Below are positions 30,784 through 38,927 of a stretch of 64,000 nucleotides of DNA, one piece after another. The DNA lies in assembly GCA_963665615.2 (NCBI GenBank), contig CAXXQE010000001.1, forward strand, positions 265,151 through 329,150, written 5' to 3'. The notes beneath the pieces were generated by a model. It was not told where the DNA came from and did no database searches. It saw only the letters and a program-made list of their open reading frames with translations. Every line of letters begins with the position of its first letter. The stretch's first letter is position 1. This DNA is from Syntrophales bacterium (GTDB lineage: Bacteria > Desulfobacterota > Syntrophia > Syntrophales > UBA4778). The position numbers and the translations under genes were made by a program.

Positions 30784-30841
30784 CCTTAACGCTTGGATGA
30801 GCCGCGACTGTAAAAATCTCGTCTCCATCAATTTGTTAGCG
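30784..30841 (-). other. attC site of cassette 2
   Basis: CGCTAAC AAATT GATGGAG...CTCATC CAAGC GTTAAGG. Confidence 0.85.
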
Positions 30842-31583
30842 GCTTTGGATTAATGATGTAACCCGTCTGATTATCGCCAATCATCTCGTTGCGGTCATAG
30901 CCCCAAGCCCAGAAGTATGCGGCTAAGTACGCGCAAAAGGTTGCATCGAGTGTATCTTCATAGTGCTTTAATGACTGCCCGTTTAACTCATTTAGAGAAC
31001 GGTCCAAAAGAGAAAATAGCTGCGGTGTTAACAGGAGCGGAGGGTCAGCGGGACAAAGAAAACGTCGAATACTTTCCCGGAACTCGTACAAGCCCTCTTT
31101 ACGTGACGAAACTCTGCCTTTTTTGTACTTGATGATCCGTGATCGCTCAAATAGGACAAGATGGGCCGGGTGAAGATATACTTCAAAGAACCATTTGCCG
31201 CCGAGGAAACGTTCATGCGGCGCTGGACAGTGCGTAAACCCTTGCTCTTTGAGGTGATCTGCGAGCCTCACGCTCCCTGCTTCCGGATAGAGCTTGAGGT
31301 TAGATGTGTGAGCACTTGCGTGCGCAGCCCCAAATCGCTGTCCAATCTCCTTTTCGCAGGGTCTTTGTCCTTCAGGGTTTAAAATGATTAGAGGGGCATC
31401 TATCGCCACCACGGAGTCGCCCCGAGCATGCGTGTGAATAAACAACTGCACGGCTTTCAAGGTCGCTATGCCTTGCGACACGCTCCGGATTGCCACCCCG
31501 CTCTGGTCGCCTTCCAGTACAACAGCACCAGTGTGGTTCTTGTCGCTTCTCCACGCGAGATCAATTCCGATGAAGGTCGGCAT
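30828..31583 (-). CDS. DUF429-family predicted RNase H-like nuclease (cassette 2)
   Basis: FIGIDLAW, VAIDAPL, RPCE, FEVYLHP, YEDTLDA. Confidence 0.85.
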   Translation of the reverse strand: MPTFIGIDLAWRSDKNHTGAVVLEGDQSGVAIRSVSQGIATLKAVQLFIHTHARGDSVVAIDAPLIILNPEGQRPCEKEIGQRFGAAHASAHTSNLKLYPEAGSVRLADHLKEQGFTHCPAPHERFLGGKWFFEVYLHPAHLVLFERSRIIKYKKGRVSSRKEGLYEFRESIRRFLCPADPPLLLTPQLFSLLDRSLNELNGQSLKHYEDTLDATFCAYLAAYFWAWGYDRNEMIGDNQTGYIINPKPLTN

Positions 31584-31601
31584 CTATACCTTTCCTTTTG
31601 T

Positions 31602-31667
31602 CGTTAACGCCTGAGCTGTGCCGCCCGGCCGCTTTTTGGCCAGGGCAGCACCAGCGAATTGTTCGGC
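31602..31667 (-). other. attC site of cassette 1
   Basis: GCCGAAC AATTC GCTGGTGC...GCACAGC..GTTAACG. Confidence 0.85.
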
Positions 31668-31670
31668 AAT

Positions 31671-32147
31671 TTATTTCTTTTTCAACATCTTGTTAATAGC
31701 AGTCTCAAACCAATCTTTTATTCTGAAGTGAAATAATCCACCACAAAATGCGACAAAGAATGCAAATGAAACTCGCGGTTCGCCCGAATTGGTCCCTGTT
31801 ATAGTTAATAGGGCACCAGAATTAATTGCCAGATAAAGGACTGTACCAGTAATGCCGCCACCTATTACTGTTGTGGCATAGCCAAAACAGTCAAAAGCAT
31901 GAGGCAAAAACTGCGGTTTGCAAATTGCTTCATCTATATCCTTGGCCCACCATTTAGTACAATACATAGTCGAACCCAGCATGCCCATTCCAAATAATTC
32001 AAGAACAAGGCGTGCGGAACTATTTGTAATAGAAGGTAGCCAGCCTAAAAAATGCAATCCGAAGGTGAGAGTACCTCCAACGCCATATCCAATGATCATG
32101 ACAAGTGCAATTGGCACATACCATAAGTAATGTTGGTTATTTGCCAT
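31671..32147 (-). CDS. Hypothetical 4-TM membrane protein (cassette 1)
   Basis: RBS GGAGA before MANNQHY; four hydrophobic Gly-rich helices. Confidence 0.72.
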   Translation of the reverse strand: MANNQHYLWYVPIALVMIIGYGVGGTLTFGLHFLGWLPSITNSSARLVLELFGMGMLGSTMYCTKWWAKDIDEAICKPQFLPHAFDCFGYATTVIGGGITGTVLYLAINSGALLTITGTNSGEPRVSFAFFVAFCGGLFHFRIKDWFETAINKMLKKK

Positions 32148-32157
32148 GCCATCTCCT

Positions 32158-32190
32158 GCCGAACAATTAATATACCCATCCGGTATTTTT
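32158..32190 (-). other. attI-like junction at the head of the cassette array
   Basis: ...TATATTAATT-GTTCGGC; GTTCGGC is the exact complement of the cassette 1 R'' (GCCGAAC), with no attC hairpin upstream. Confidence 0.55.
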
Positions 32191-32525
32191 GAGATTTCGC
32201 GTGATCCTACACCGCATCGGGAAAAATAGAAAGCATAAATCCTATAAATTACAGTGGGCGAGATAACGGGTTTGGGTATTTCCTGATAATAAGGACCAAA
32301 TACCCAATGGGCATAACATAGGAAATTTTGCAGGCGTAAAGAAAGCAGCCATGAATGAGTACTGCTTGAAACAGGTACATTCTCTGAAAACACCGTGTTC
32401 TCTCTAACAGGAAGAACCCGTGCAATTCGTTCAGCTAAGGCCGATCCTATTAAGATTGATCTCTTTCACCTAGTTCTCCATACGTGAGGTTTGGTCTGGG
32501 TTACGATGATTGCCGGAGAAACAAT

Positions 32526-32559
32526 GAAAAGAGGCAGGGGCATTCATGCCCCCGGCCTC
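32526..32559 (-). terminator. Intrinsic terminator after the VIT-vWA gene
   Basis: GAGGC.GGGGCA...TGCCCC.GCCTC hairpin with a T-run on the minus strand. Confidence 0.55.
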
Positions 32560-32572
32560 ATCCCTAACGTCG

Positions 32573-34963
32573 TTAATCGGCGTTGACTTGCACCACAATG
32601 GTTGCCTGCACGTCTTTGCCGTTTTCAGATCTGGGGAACTGCCACTGGCTGATGTTTCGGGTCAGGCGCCTTCTGGAATCCGCACTGCATCCAGCGTGCT
32701 TCAAAACTTCAACCGATTTCACCCGGCCGTCAGCCTTGATGATCAGCTTCAACGTCAACGTCGTGCCGGGAGTTGATCCGGCCAGGCACTGTTGCAGATC
32801 GTTCATCTTTTCCATCACCATCTTTTCGATAGCTTGTCTGGACAGTCCTTCGGAGACCTTGACATCTTGCAACGTTACAACCGGCGTTTCGGCTTGTCGC
32901 TTTTCATCCGATCCTGCATATGGGGTTCTGATTGGCAGACCGGGCTCTTTCTTGCACCTCTTGTAAGCAATCGCGCTGTCTTCCGCGGCTTTCGCTGCCA
33001 TCGGCGCAGAGACCTGGTAGGCGGCTTGGTTGGAGACGCCTCCGACGGCATAATCGGATACACCCTCCGGCAGGGGCAGAGGCTGCGTTACAGTCGTGGT
33101 CTTTCCGCTATGGTTGCGCACCTCCGAATCGACTGCCACAAAGGAGGTGTAAGCCGTGAGCAGATTGTAGGCGAGGCCGAGGCGCGTCACTTCGTCGATC
33201 CGTTTGTCGTCGGAACGCAGCTTTTCATAATCGGACAGAAGCACAATCCGGTGTCTCGCCCAGAGATAGCTCAGGCTGGGATGGTCCGGGGTGGTCTTTT
33301 TGGCGGCAGCAGCGACATCGATTGTCTGTCTGAATGCACCCTCCCCCGACGTTCCGGTCACAATGATTTTCCCCTGTGCTTTGCCTCTGTACTTGCCGAA
33401 GACAAGAATGGGGCGTTCGGACAGCACATCGGGGATCTGCGCCGGCTCTATATCGTATGCCTGGAAACCGTTGAATTTAAGATGAACGCCTGTCAGAACA
33501 GGCGCCTGAATCAATTTGCGCAACTGCTCGGCCTTGGCGGCTGCCTCGTCGGGCCGGGTAATGACAAAGGGTTCGCCCAGGCCGACCCGCGCCATGCCTT
33601 CAATGATATGGCGATTGACCGAGGTGCCGATGCCGAAAGCAAAGACATTGGCGTTTCCCAGATTGTTGCGGATCAGATCGAAGACCTCCTCTTCCACCGT
33701 CACATAGCCGTCCGTCGCAATGACGATGCTCCGTGAATACCCCGCCGTCTTTTTCAGGCTCAGCGCCCGCGAGAAGGCAGGCAGGAGTTCCGTGCCGCCT
33801 CCGCCGCGTTGCCGGTCAATCAGAAGGAGCGCTTGGCGGATATTCTCCGGGGTTGCAGGCACCGACTGTTCGGACATGAGCGATGAGCCGCCGGAAAAGA
33901 GAAGCACATTGAAGCGGTCCGTGGACCGAAGTCCTCCGATCAGATCCGTGAGCAACTTTTTCGATACCTCCAGCGGATAGCCGAACATCGAGCCGGACAC
34001 ATCGACGATAAAGATATACTCCCGCCCGGGAATCTGCGCGGTCGTCACGCGCCTGGGCGGCTGCATCATGAGCAGGAAAAAGTTTTCTTTTTCTCCCTCA
34101 TGCAGAAGGATGCCCGACTGAATGCGATCGCCGTCCAGCCGGTAGCGCAGAACATAGTCGCGATTAGCGCCGTGCTTTTCCGCCGGATCGAGATGAACGG
34201 TGACCAGATTCGGTCCGCTGTAATCGGTCTTGACGTGATGCGATGCGCAGGAGATATCCCGGATCGGGAGGCCCGCTGCGACCTCAACCTGGATATCAAA
34301 GCGATAGGGCGCCGCTTCGCCCTGATGGAGATACGGATTGGCGACCCAGTGCTCGGATGCGGGCGCTGAGGCTGCGGCCTGATTTGAATAGCGCGGCCCG
34401 ACCACCGTAGGGTAAACGAATTCATAGACCTTATCGGTCGGGACGACCAGCTCGGTGTACTTCAACTCAACCCGGATATCGTCTCCCGGCATGATGTTGC
34501 CGACATTCATCTGAAAAACATTCGGCCGCTGCTGTTCGAGAAGCGATGCGCTCTTTCCCTGCTGCAGGGCTGTTTCGTAGATTTTGCGGGCGGCGTCGCG
34601 CCTGTCGATCTTTGCCTCAATGGTCCGTTCGCCGATGGTCATCTTCATGGCGTACACGGCAGCGCGTGTCGAAGCCGGAAAGATATATATCGCCTCCAGC
34701 GGCGTTTTTCCCTCATTGCGATACGACTGCGTGACCGTCACATCGGCCATCACGCCGGCTATGCGGACCCGGGCCGAGGTTGATTTCAAGGGAAGCTGAT
34801 CGAGCGCTTCATCCTCGCTTTTGACAAAAAAGAAAGGGGACAGGGTTTTATCGCCTACCTCGTCTCGCGGGGCTGGAAGGGACTTGGCGAAAACCGGCGA
34901 ACACAGGACTGCCGCAAAAGCGGACACAATGATAATGAGAAAAATTTTTGGTATGGGTTTCAT
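32573..34963 (-). CDS. Exported VIT + vWA protein with a TonB-C/AgmX-like C-terminal domain
   Basis: Signal peptide, VTQSYRN..LEAIYIFP (VIT), MIDAS DVSGSM/GGT/TDG, TSFVAVD, QWQFP. Confidence 0.9.
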   Translation of the reverse strand: MKPIPKIFLIIIVSAFAAVLCSPVFAKSLPAPRDEVGDKTLSPFFFVKSEDEALDQLPLKSTSARVRIAGVMADVTVTQSYRNEGKTPLEAIYIFPASTRAAVYAMKMTIGERTIEAKIDRRDAARKIYETALQQGKSASLLEQQRPNVFQMNVGNIMPGDDIRVELKYTELVVPTDKVYEFVYPTVVGPRYSNQAAASAPASEHWVANPYLHQGEAAPYRFDIQVEVAAGLPIRDISCASHHVKTDYSGPNLVTVHLDPAEKHGANRDYVLRYRLDGDRIQSGILLHEGEKENFFLLMMQPPRRVTTAQIPGREYIFIVDVSGSMFGYPLEVSKKLLTDLIGGLRSTDRFNVLLFSGGSSLMSEQSVPATPENIRQALLLIDRQRGGGGTELLPAFSRALSLKKTAGYSRSIVIATDGYVTVEEEVFDLIRNNLGNANVFAFGIGTSVNRHIIEGMARVGLGEPFVITRPDEAAAKAEQLRKLIQAPVLTGVHLKFNGFQAYDIEPAQIPDVLSERPILVFGKYRGKAQGKIIVTGTSGEGAFRQTIDVAAAAKKTTPDHPSLSYLWARHRIVLLSDYEKLRSDDKRIDEVTRLGLAYNLLTAYTSFVAVDSEVRNHSGKTTTVTQPLPLPEGVSDYAVGGVSNQAAYQVSAPMAAKAAEDSAIAYKRCKKEPGLPIRTPYAGSDEKRQAETPVVTLQDVKVSEGLSRQAIEKMVMEKMNDLQQCLAGSTPGTTLTLKLIIKADGRVKSVEVLKHAGCSADSRRRLTRNISQWQFPRSENGKDVQATIVVQVNAD

Positions 34964-35110
34964 GGTGATGCGAACCTCCTTTGTTCTTGATGATGGGTTA
35001 GACAAAGGAGGAAAGGAAAAAGTTCCGGGAAAAAGTAAATAGGGGACAGTGAACAGTAAACAGTAAATAGTAAATGGTGAGAAGGGGCGGGTTACGTGTA
35101 GAGGGGGACA

Positions 35111-35231
35111 GGGGACGTTGCTAAACTTCGTTAACCTATACTCCCCGCGACGTCATCCCGCATATTCCCGCACAGCATTCGCCAGCATATGAGCTGCTTC
35201 CGACAAGTTAACGCAGTTTAGCAACGTCCCC
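35111..35231. repeat. 121-bp element with 25-bp inverted ends
   Basis: GGGGACGTTGCTAAACTTCGTTAAC / GTTAACGCAGTTTAGCAACGTCCCC (24 of 25 match). Confidence 0.75.
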
Positions 35232-35378
35232 CTTTTCGTCCCGGACGAGCGCCCCTCCGCCATGTCCGGAAAAGAAACGACCCCGCATGCCGCCGATTGA
35301 AAACCATTCCGAGAGAGGCGTCGTTGTGGATTGTTATTTGTGAAATGTGGAGATGCGCACTTCTTGGGTGCCCAATGA

Positions 35379-35409
35379 CAAAAGGCAGAGCGATGGGCTC
35401 TGCCTTTTG
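35379..35409 (-). terminator. Terminator after the PEP-CTERM gene
   Basis: CAAAAGGCAGAGC-loop-GCTCTGCCTTTTG perfect hairpin. Confidence 0.75.
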
Positions 35410-35434
35410 CAAACATAATCGACACAGCGTTAGA

Positions 35435-36106
35435 CTATTTGATTCTCTTTCGCGCTCCAGCAAGACCGGCCAACCCCAGGCCGATGAGAAGGAGTGTCGC
35501 GGGTTCTGGCGTAGGCGAAGGCGGGGGCGGAGGCACGACAATCGGTTCGCCATTAATGATGAAAGACTCTTCAAAACCATCCGCATTCAGCCAAGGGCTA
35601 TTAAAAGGTGCATGAGGGGATACCCAAGCAACATTATTCGCGCCGAACTGGTTGAAGGCCCAGCCGATACTCTCTCCGTTAGAAGCGAGCCCTTGCGAAA
35701 GTGTGAGGTAATAGGTGCCTGCATCCAGGCTCACATTGAGCGAAAATTCAGACAAGAATTCCCTGAAACCCGATCCATAATACTGGGTGTCTAATGTTGT
35801 CAAGGCAACATTACCGCTGGATACGACCGTCCCGACGGCGTTCTGGATTTTATAAGACAGAGATGCAGGATCGTATCTAAGGTCCTGTGAACCATAATCC
35901 CACAGCCCCAGGTCAATCGAGGTAACGGTTGATGCTGATGCCAGTGTGAATGCGTCCGTTACATAGGCGCCTGCTGTACTAATGCCATATTGGCCGTTAG
36001 TGCCATTCCATGCCACGCCTGACGAATACAAAGTCCCTGCGCAAGCAGGTTGAGTCAACAACAAAAAGAACAATCCTAAAAATAAGAATGAACCCTTTTT
36101 TACCAT
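35435..36106 (-). CDS. PEP-CTERM sorting-domain protein
   Basis: Signal peptide; C-terminal TPEPATLLLIGLGLAGLAGARKRIK. Confidence 0.95.
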   Translation of the reverse strand: MVKKGSFLFLGLFFLLLTQPACAGTLYSSGVAWNGTNGQYGISTAGAYVTDAFTLASASTVTSIDLGLWDYGSQDLRYDPASLSYKIQNAVGTVVSSGNVALTTLDTQYYGSGFREFLSEFSLNVSLDAGTYYLTLSQGLASNGESIGWAFNQFGANNVAWVSPHAPFNSPWLNADGFEESFIINGEPIVVPPPPPSPTPEPATLLLIGLGLAGLAGARKRIK

Positions 36107-36303
36107 CTGCTATCCTCCTTTTGGCTGTTTTAGTGATGATGGTAGATCTGCGCTGCGTCGAATTTTCCAGACGCAAGAAATATGTCGGACATTCTCATCA
36201 TGTTATGATGACCCCTCACATTCGCATCTAATAATGATGACACGTCAAAGTGAACAAGGAGCAATCAAAAAGTGTTGAACAGAGTGCCCACGGCCCAGGG
36301 AAA

Positions 36304-36401
36304 TGCACAATAGGTGCCACTTGTTCAAGTATGCGATGTTGTTATATTATTAAAAGATTTAATAGGGTTTTTGGGGTGGATTATTGTAAAATAGCTTTAC
36401 A
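36304..36401 (-). promoter_or_regulatory. sigma54 promoter and upstream enhancer palindrome for the PEP-CTERM gene
   Basis: TGGCAC-N5-GTGCA (36304-36319, minus strand) and TGTAAA-N5-TTTACA (36385-36401). Confidence 0.6.
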
Positions 36402-36750
36402 GGAATATGTAATACAATCAACTACATTATTTTGTAACATACTGGTATTTATTGTCAATGACTGATTCATGCATGAGTGTAAAATCCATCGACAGCAATT
36501 GCACGACCGGCTGGCATTATGGTAGGTAGGGGGCGTTGTTTTCCTTCCAAGCTCGGGCAAGGCTTACACGCGAGAAACGCATAATTTCATGGGTGATATT
36601 TCCTCAGAAAAACGGACTCCTCAGCCCGGGGTCATTGTCGCCTTCTCATATGTCGTTGGGCTTTGATAGCCAATAGCAGAATGGCGACTCTTTCGATTGT
36701 AAAATAGTTCTATATAACTAAAAATGTTTGCCCTGGCCTCTACTTCTTGC

Positions 36751-38073
36751 TTATCTTTTTAAGACCTCCCCCTCAAGTCGTTTTAGTTTTTGTATCTGCC
36801 TCTTCTTTGTCCCCGCGTTATCCCCTTGCGTTGCGATAAGGTCCTCCAAGTGCCTAATTGCAGCACCGATAGATATATGCTGACGGAGATCGTATGGCTC
36901 AATCATGAACCATCTTTGATTTAATCGCTTGAATCTAAACGTATATTGTTTTGCTTTCTGTTCAACCGAAAGTGTGTCTGAAAGGTCACCAATGACATCA
37001 TATTGGACCGTTACAGTTGCGTATTCAGTTTTTTCGTTTATGGACAGAATCTCATACGCTTTAACTAGATCAACTATATCCCAGCCAGGCGATGCATATT
37101 CCCCAGAAACAGTAAAACCTGCTATTCCAGATTTTACGTAACTGTCGGAACTTAGGCGGGCGCCGTCATAATCAAGTTTCAAGAAAAGCATTGCAATTTC
37201 TTTTGGGGTTACAGGCGTCGGCTCGGGGACGGCGCCCATGAGCGCAGTTCCGGCAGAAAGCTTTTTGGCTTTCCTGGCAACAGACTTGTCGGCGTTGACT
37301 GCCTGGCCGGATGCTTCTCTGTCCGCCGCAGTTGGCGAAGGCGCTGCCTGATAGGCTTCCATCATGGCGCCGGCAGGCGCGCTCTTCTCCGCGACTTGCG
37401 GCATGGCCTGTGCTCGCGGTGGCGCTGCCTGGTTTTTCATACGGGGTTCTTCAGCTGCGGGTTTCATGGCTGCATCTTTTTCCGGCGTGGCGCTGTCTGC
37501 CTTGGCCTCGATCTGTTTCGGGGCGATTTCCGCTTTCGCGAGAGATTGAGCCTGCCGGCTGGAAACGGTTGCTCTCTCGGGTTTTTGAACAGAAGGCGGC
37601 ACGGCTGCCGGGGCAGAGGGCGCAGCAGGGAAGGGCGCTATCGCCTCCGGTTTGGTGTTGTTTGTTTCCGCGGGCGTCATCACCTGATTCTGCATGGGCA
37701 ACGTCTCAGCGACTTGAGCCGGTTCCATGGTGCGATAGACCTGGACGGCGAGGAGCACGATCAGCGCTGTAGCCAAGGCCTGGATGGGCACCTTGATATG
37801 CAGGGGATAAAAGATCTTTTTCCAGAAGCCGGCTTTTTTCTCTTTCTCCTGCTGCAAGCGCCTGACGTCGGCCATGATCCGCTGAGATAGAAACGGCGGC
37901 GGTTCCACGTCTTCGAGCGTCTGCACAAGGGCGTTTGTTCTCTCCAGGTCTTCGAGGACAGCCTTGCAGTCCGGGCATCGGGCGAGGTGCTCACGGATGG
38001 TCTCCTCTTCCCTGACCGAGACAAGCTTTTCCAGATAGGCCGGCAGCAGTTCCTTGATCTCTTTGCAACTCAT
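36751..38073 (-). CDS. zf-HC2 anti-sigma factor, single TM, long periplasmic tail
   Basis: CKEIKELLPAYL...HLARCPDC; TM segment; ATGA overlap with the sigma gene. Confidence 0.88.
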   Translation of the reverse strand: MSCKEIKELLPAYLEKLVSVREEETIREHLARCPDCKAVLEDLERTNALVQTLEDVEPPPFLSQRIMADVRRLQQEKEKKAGFWKKIFYPLHIKVPIQALATALIVLLAVQVYRTMEPAQVAETLPMQNQVMTPAETNNTKPEAIAPFPAAPSAPAAVPPSVQKPERATVSSRQAQSLAKAEIAPKQIEAKADSATPEKDAAMKPAAEEPRMKNQAAPPRAQAMPQVAEKSAPAGAMMEAYQAAPSPTAADREASGQAVNADKSVARKAKKLSAGTALMGAVPEPTPVTPKEIAMLFLKLDYDGARLSSDSYVKSGIAGFTVSGEYASPGWDIVDLVKAYEILSINEKTEYATVTVQYDVIGDLSDTLSVEQKAKQYTFRFKRLNQRWFMIEPYDLRQHISIGAAIRHLEDLIATQGDNAGTKKRQIQKLKRLEGEVLKR

Positions 38074-38678
38074 AATTCACCCATGACTTTTGCGAGCTGA
38101 ATCCGCAGGGCATCCCGCGCACGGAAAAGACGCGACTTCACGGTGCCGTCTGAAATTTTCAGGACAGCCGCGATTTCTTCATAGGACATGCCCTGAACAT
38201 CGCGCAGGACAAGCACTTCCCGGTGATCGGCGTCCAGCCGATTGATACAGGTCTGCACTTTCTCCTGCAATTCCTTTCTCGCCAGCGTCTCGTCGGGAAG
38301 CGGATCGTCCCCGGCGGCCCGGGATGACAAAGCGCCTTCGACCGCTTCCGGGTCATTCAGAGAGGGACCGCTGTGCGCGTTGGTTTGCAGGCGCTCTTTC
38401 AGGCGATTCCGGCTGTGATTCATGCAGATGCTGTAGAGCCAGGTCGAGAAGGCGGCATCCCCCCTGAATTTCCCGATAGCCTTGAATGCGGAAAGAAAGG
38501 TTTCCTGCGTGGTCTCGCAGGCCTCTTCGTAATCCCCGAGCATCCGGTAGGCGACGTTCAGGATTTTCTTCTGATATTTTTCGACCAGGGCGCCGAACGC
38601 CTCTGTATCGCCCCGTTGCGAGGCTGCCACCAGAGCGTCATCGTCGCTTTCCACCGTTTTTCTTGAAGGATTAGACAT
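38070..38678 (-). CDS. ECF RNA polymerase sigma factor
   Basis: GDTEAFGALV, QETFLSAF, FSTWLY, SYEEIA, GTVKSRLFRAR. Confidence 0.95.
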   Translation of the reverse strand: MSNPSRKTVESDDDALVAASQRGDTEAFGALVEKYQKKILNVAYRMLGDYEEACETTQETFLSAFKAIGKFRGDAAFSTWLYSICMNHSRNRLKERLQTNAHSGPSLNDPEAVEGALSSRAAGDDPLPDETLARKELQEKVQTCINRLDADHREVLVLRDVQGMSYEEIAAVLKISDGTVKSRLFRARDALRIQLAKVMGEL

Positions 38679-38704
38679 CTAAGCCGTCGCATTTGTTCCC
38701 TGAA

Positions 38705-38829
38705 ATATTGAAGACTCACCGGAGCAAGCTCCGGCGAATCTCCGATTCCCAAGGAAAATGTTTAGTCCTGATTCGCTCGCTTACCCCGCCGCAAGCCGCG
38801 GGGAATGCGCTAGCTGAAGAATTCAATAT
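38705..38829. mobile_element. Non-coding two-hairpin element (IS200/IS605-end-like)
   Basis: ATATTGAA...TTCAATAT ends; hairpins CCGGAGCAAGCTCCGG and CCCCGCCGCAAGCCGCGGGG. Confidence 0.55.
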
Positions 38830-38927
38830 CCTTAACTGCAAAGAGCCATTCTGTCAAAGACAAAAGGCACATGGCGATGTTTCTTCAACCGTGATATACA
38901 GTCACCCATTAACGGGAGCGCATAATC

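Noticed and set aside
28751..32190. CRISPR array or prophage remnant
   Set aside because: The palindromes differ in sequence and are separated by whole genes; no cas or phage genes
32148..32393. N-terminal extensions of cassette ORFs (also 29564-29635)
   Set aside because: They run across att sites; downstream ATGs inside the cassettes are more plausible starts
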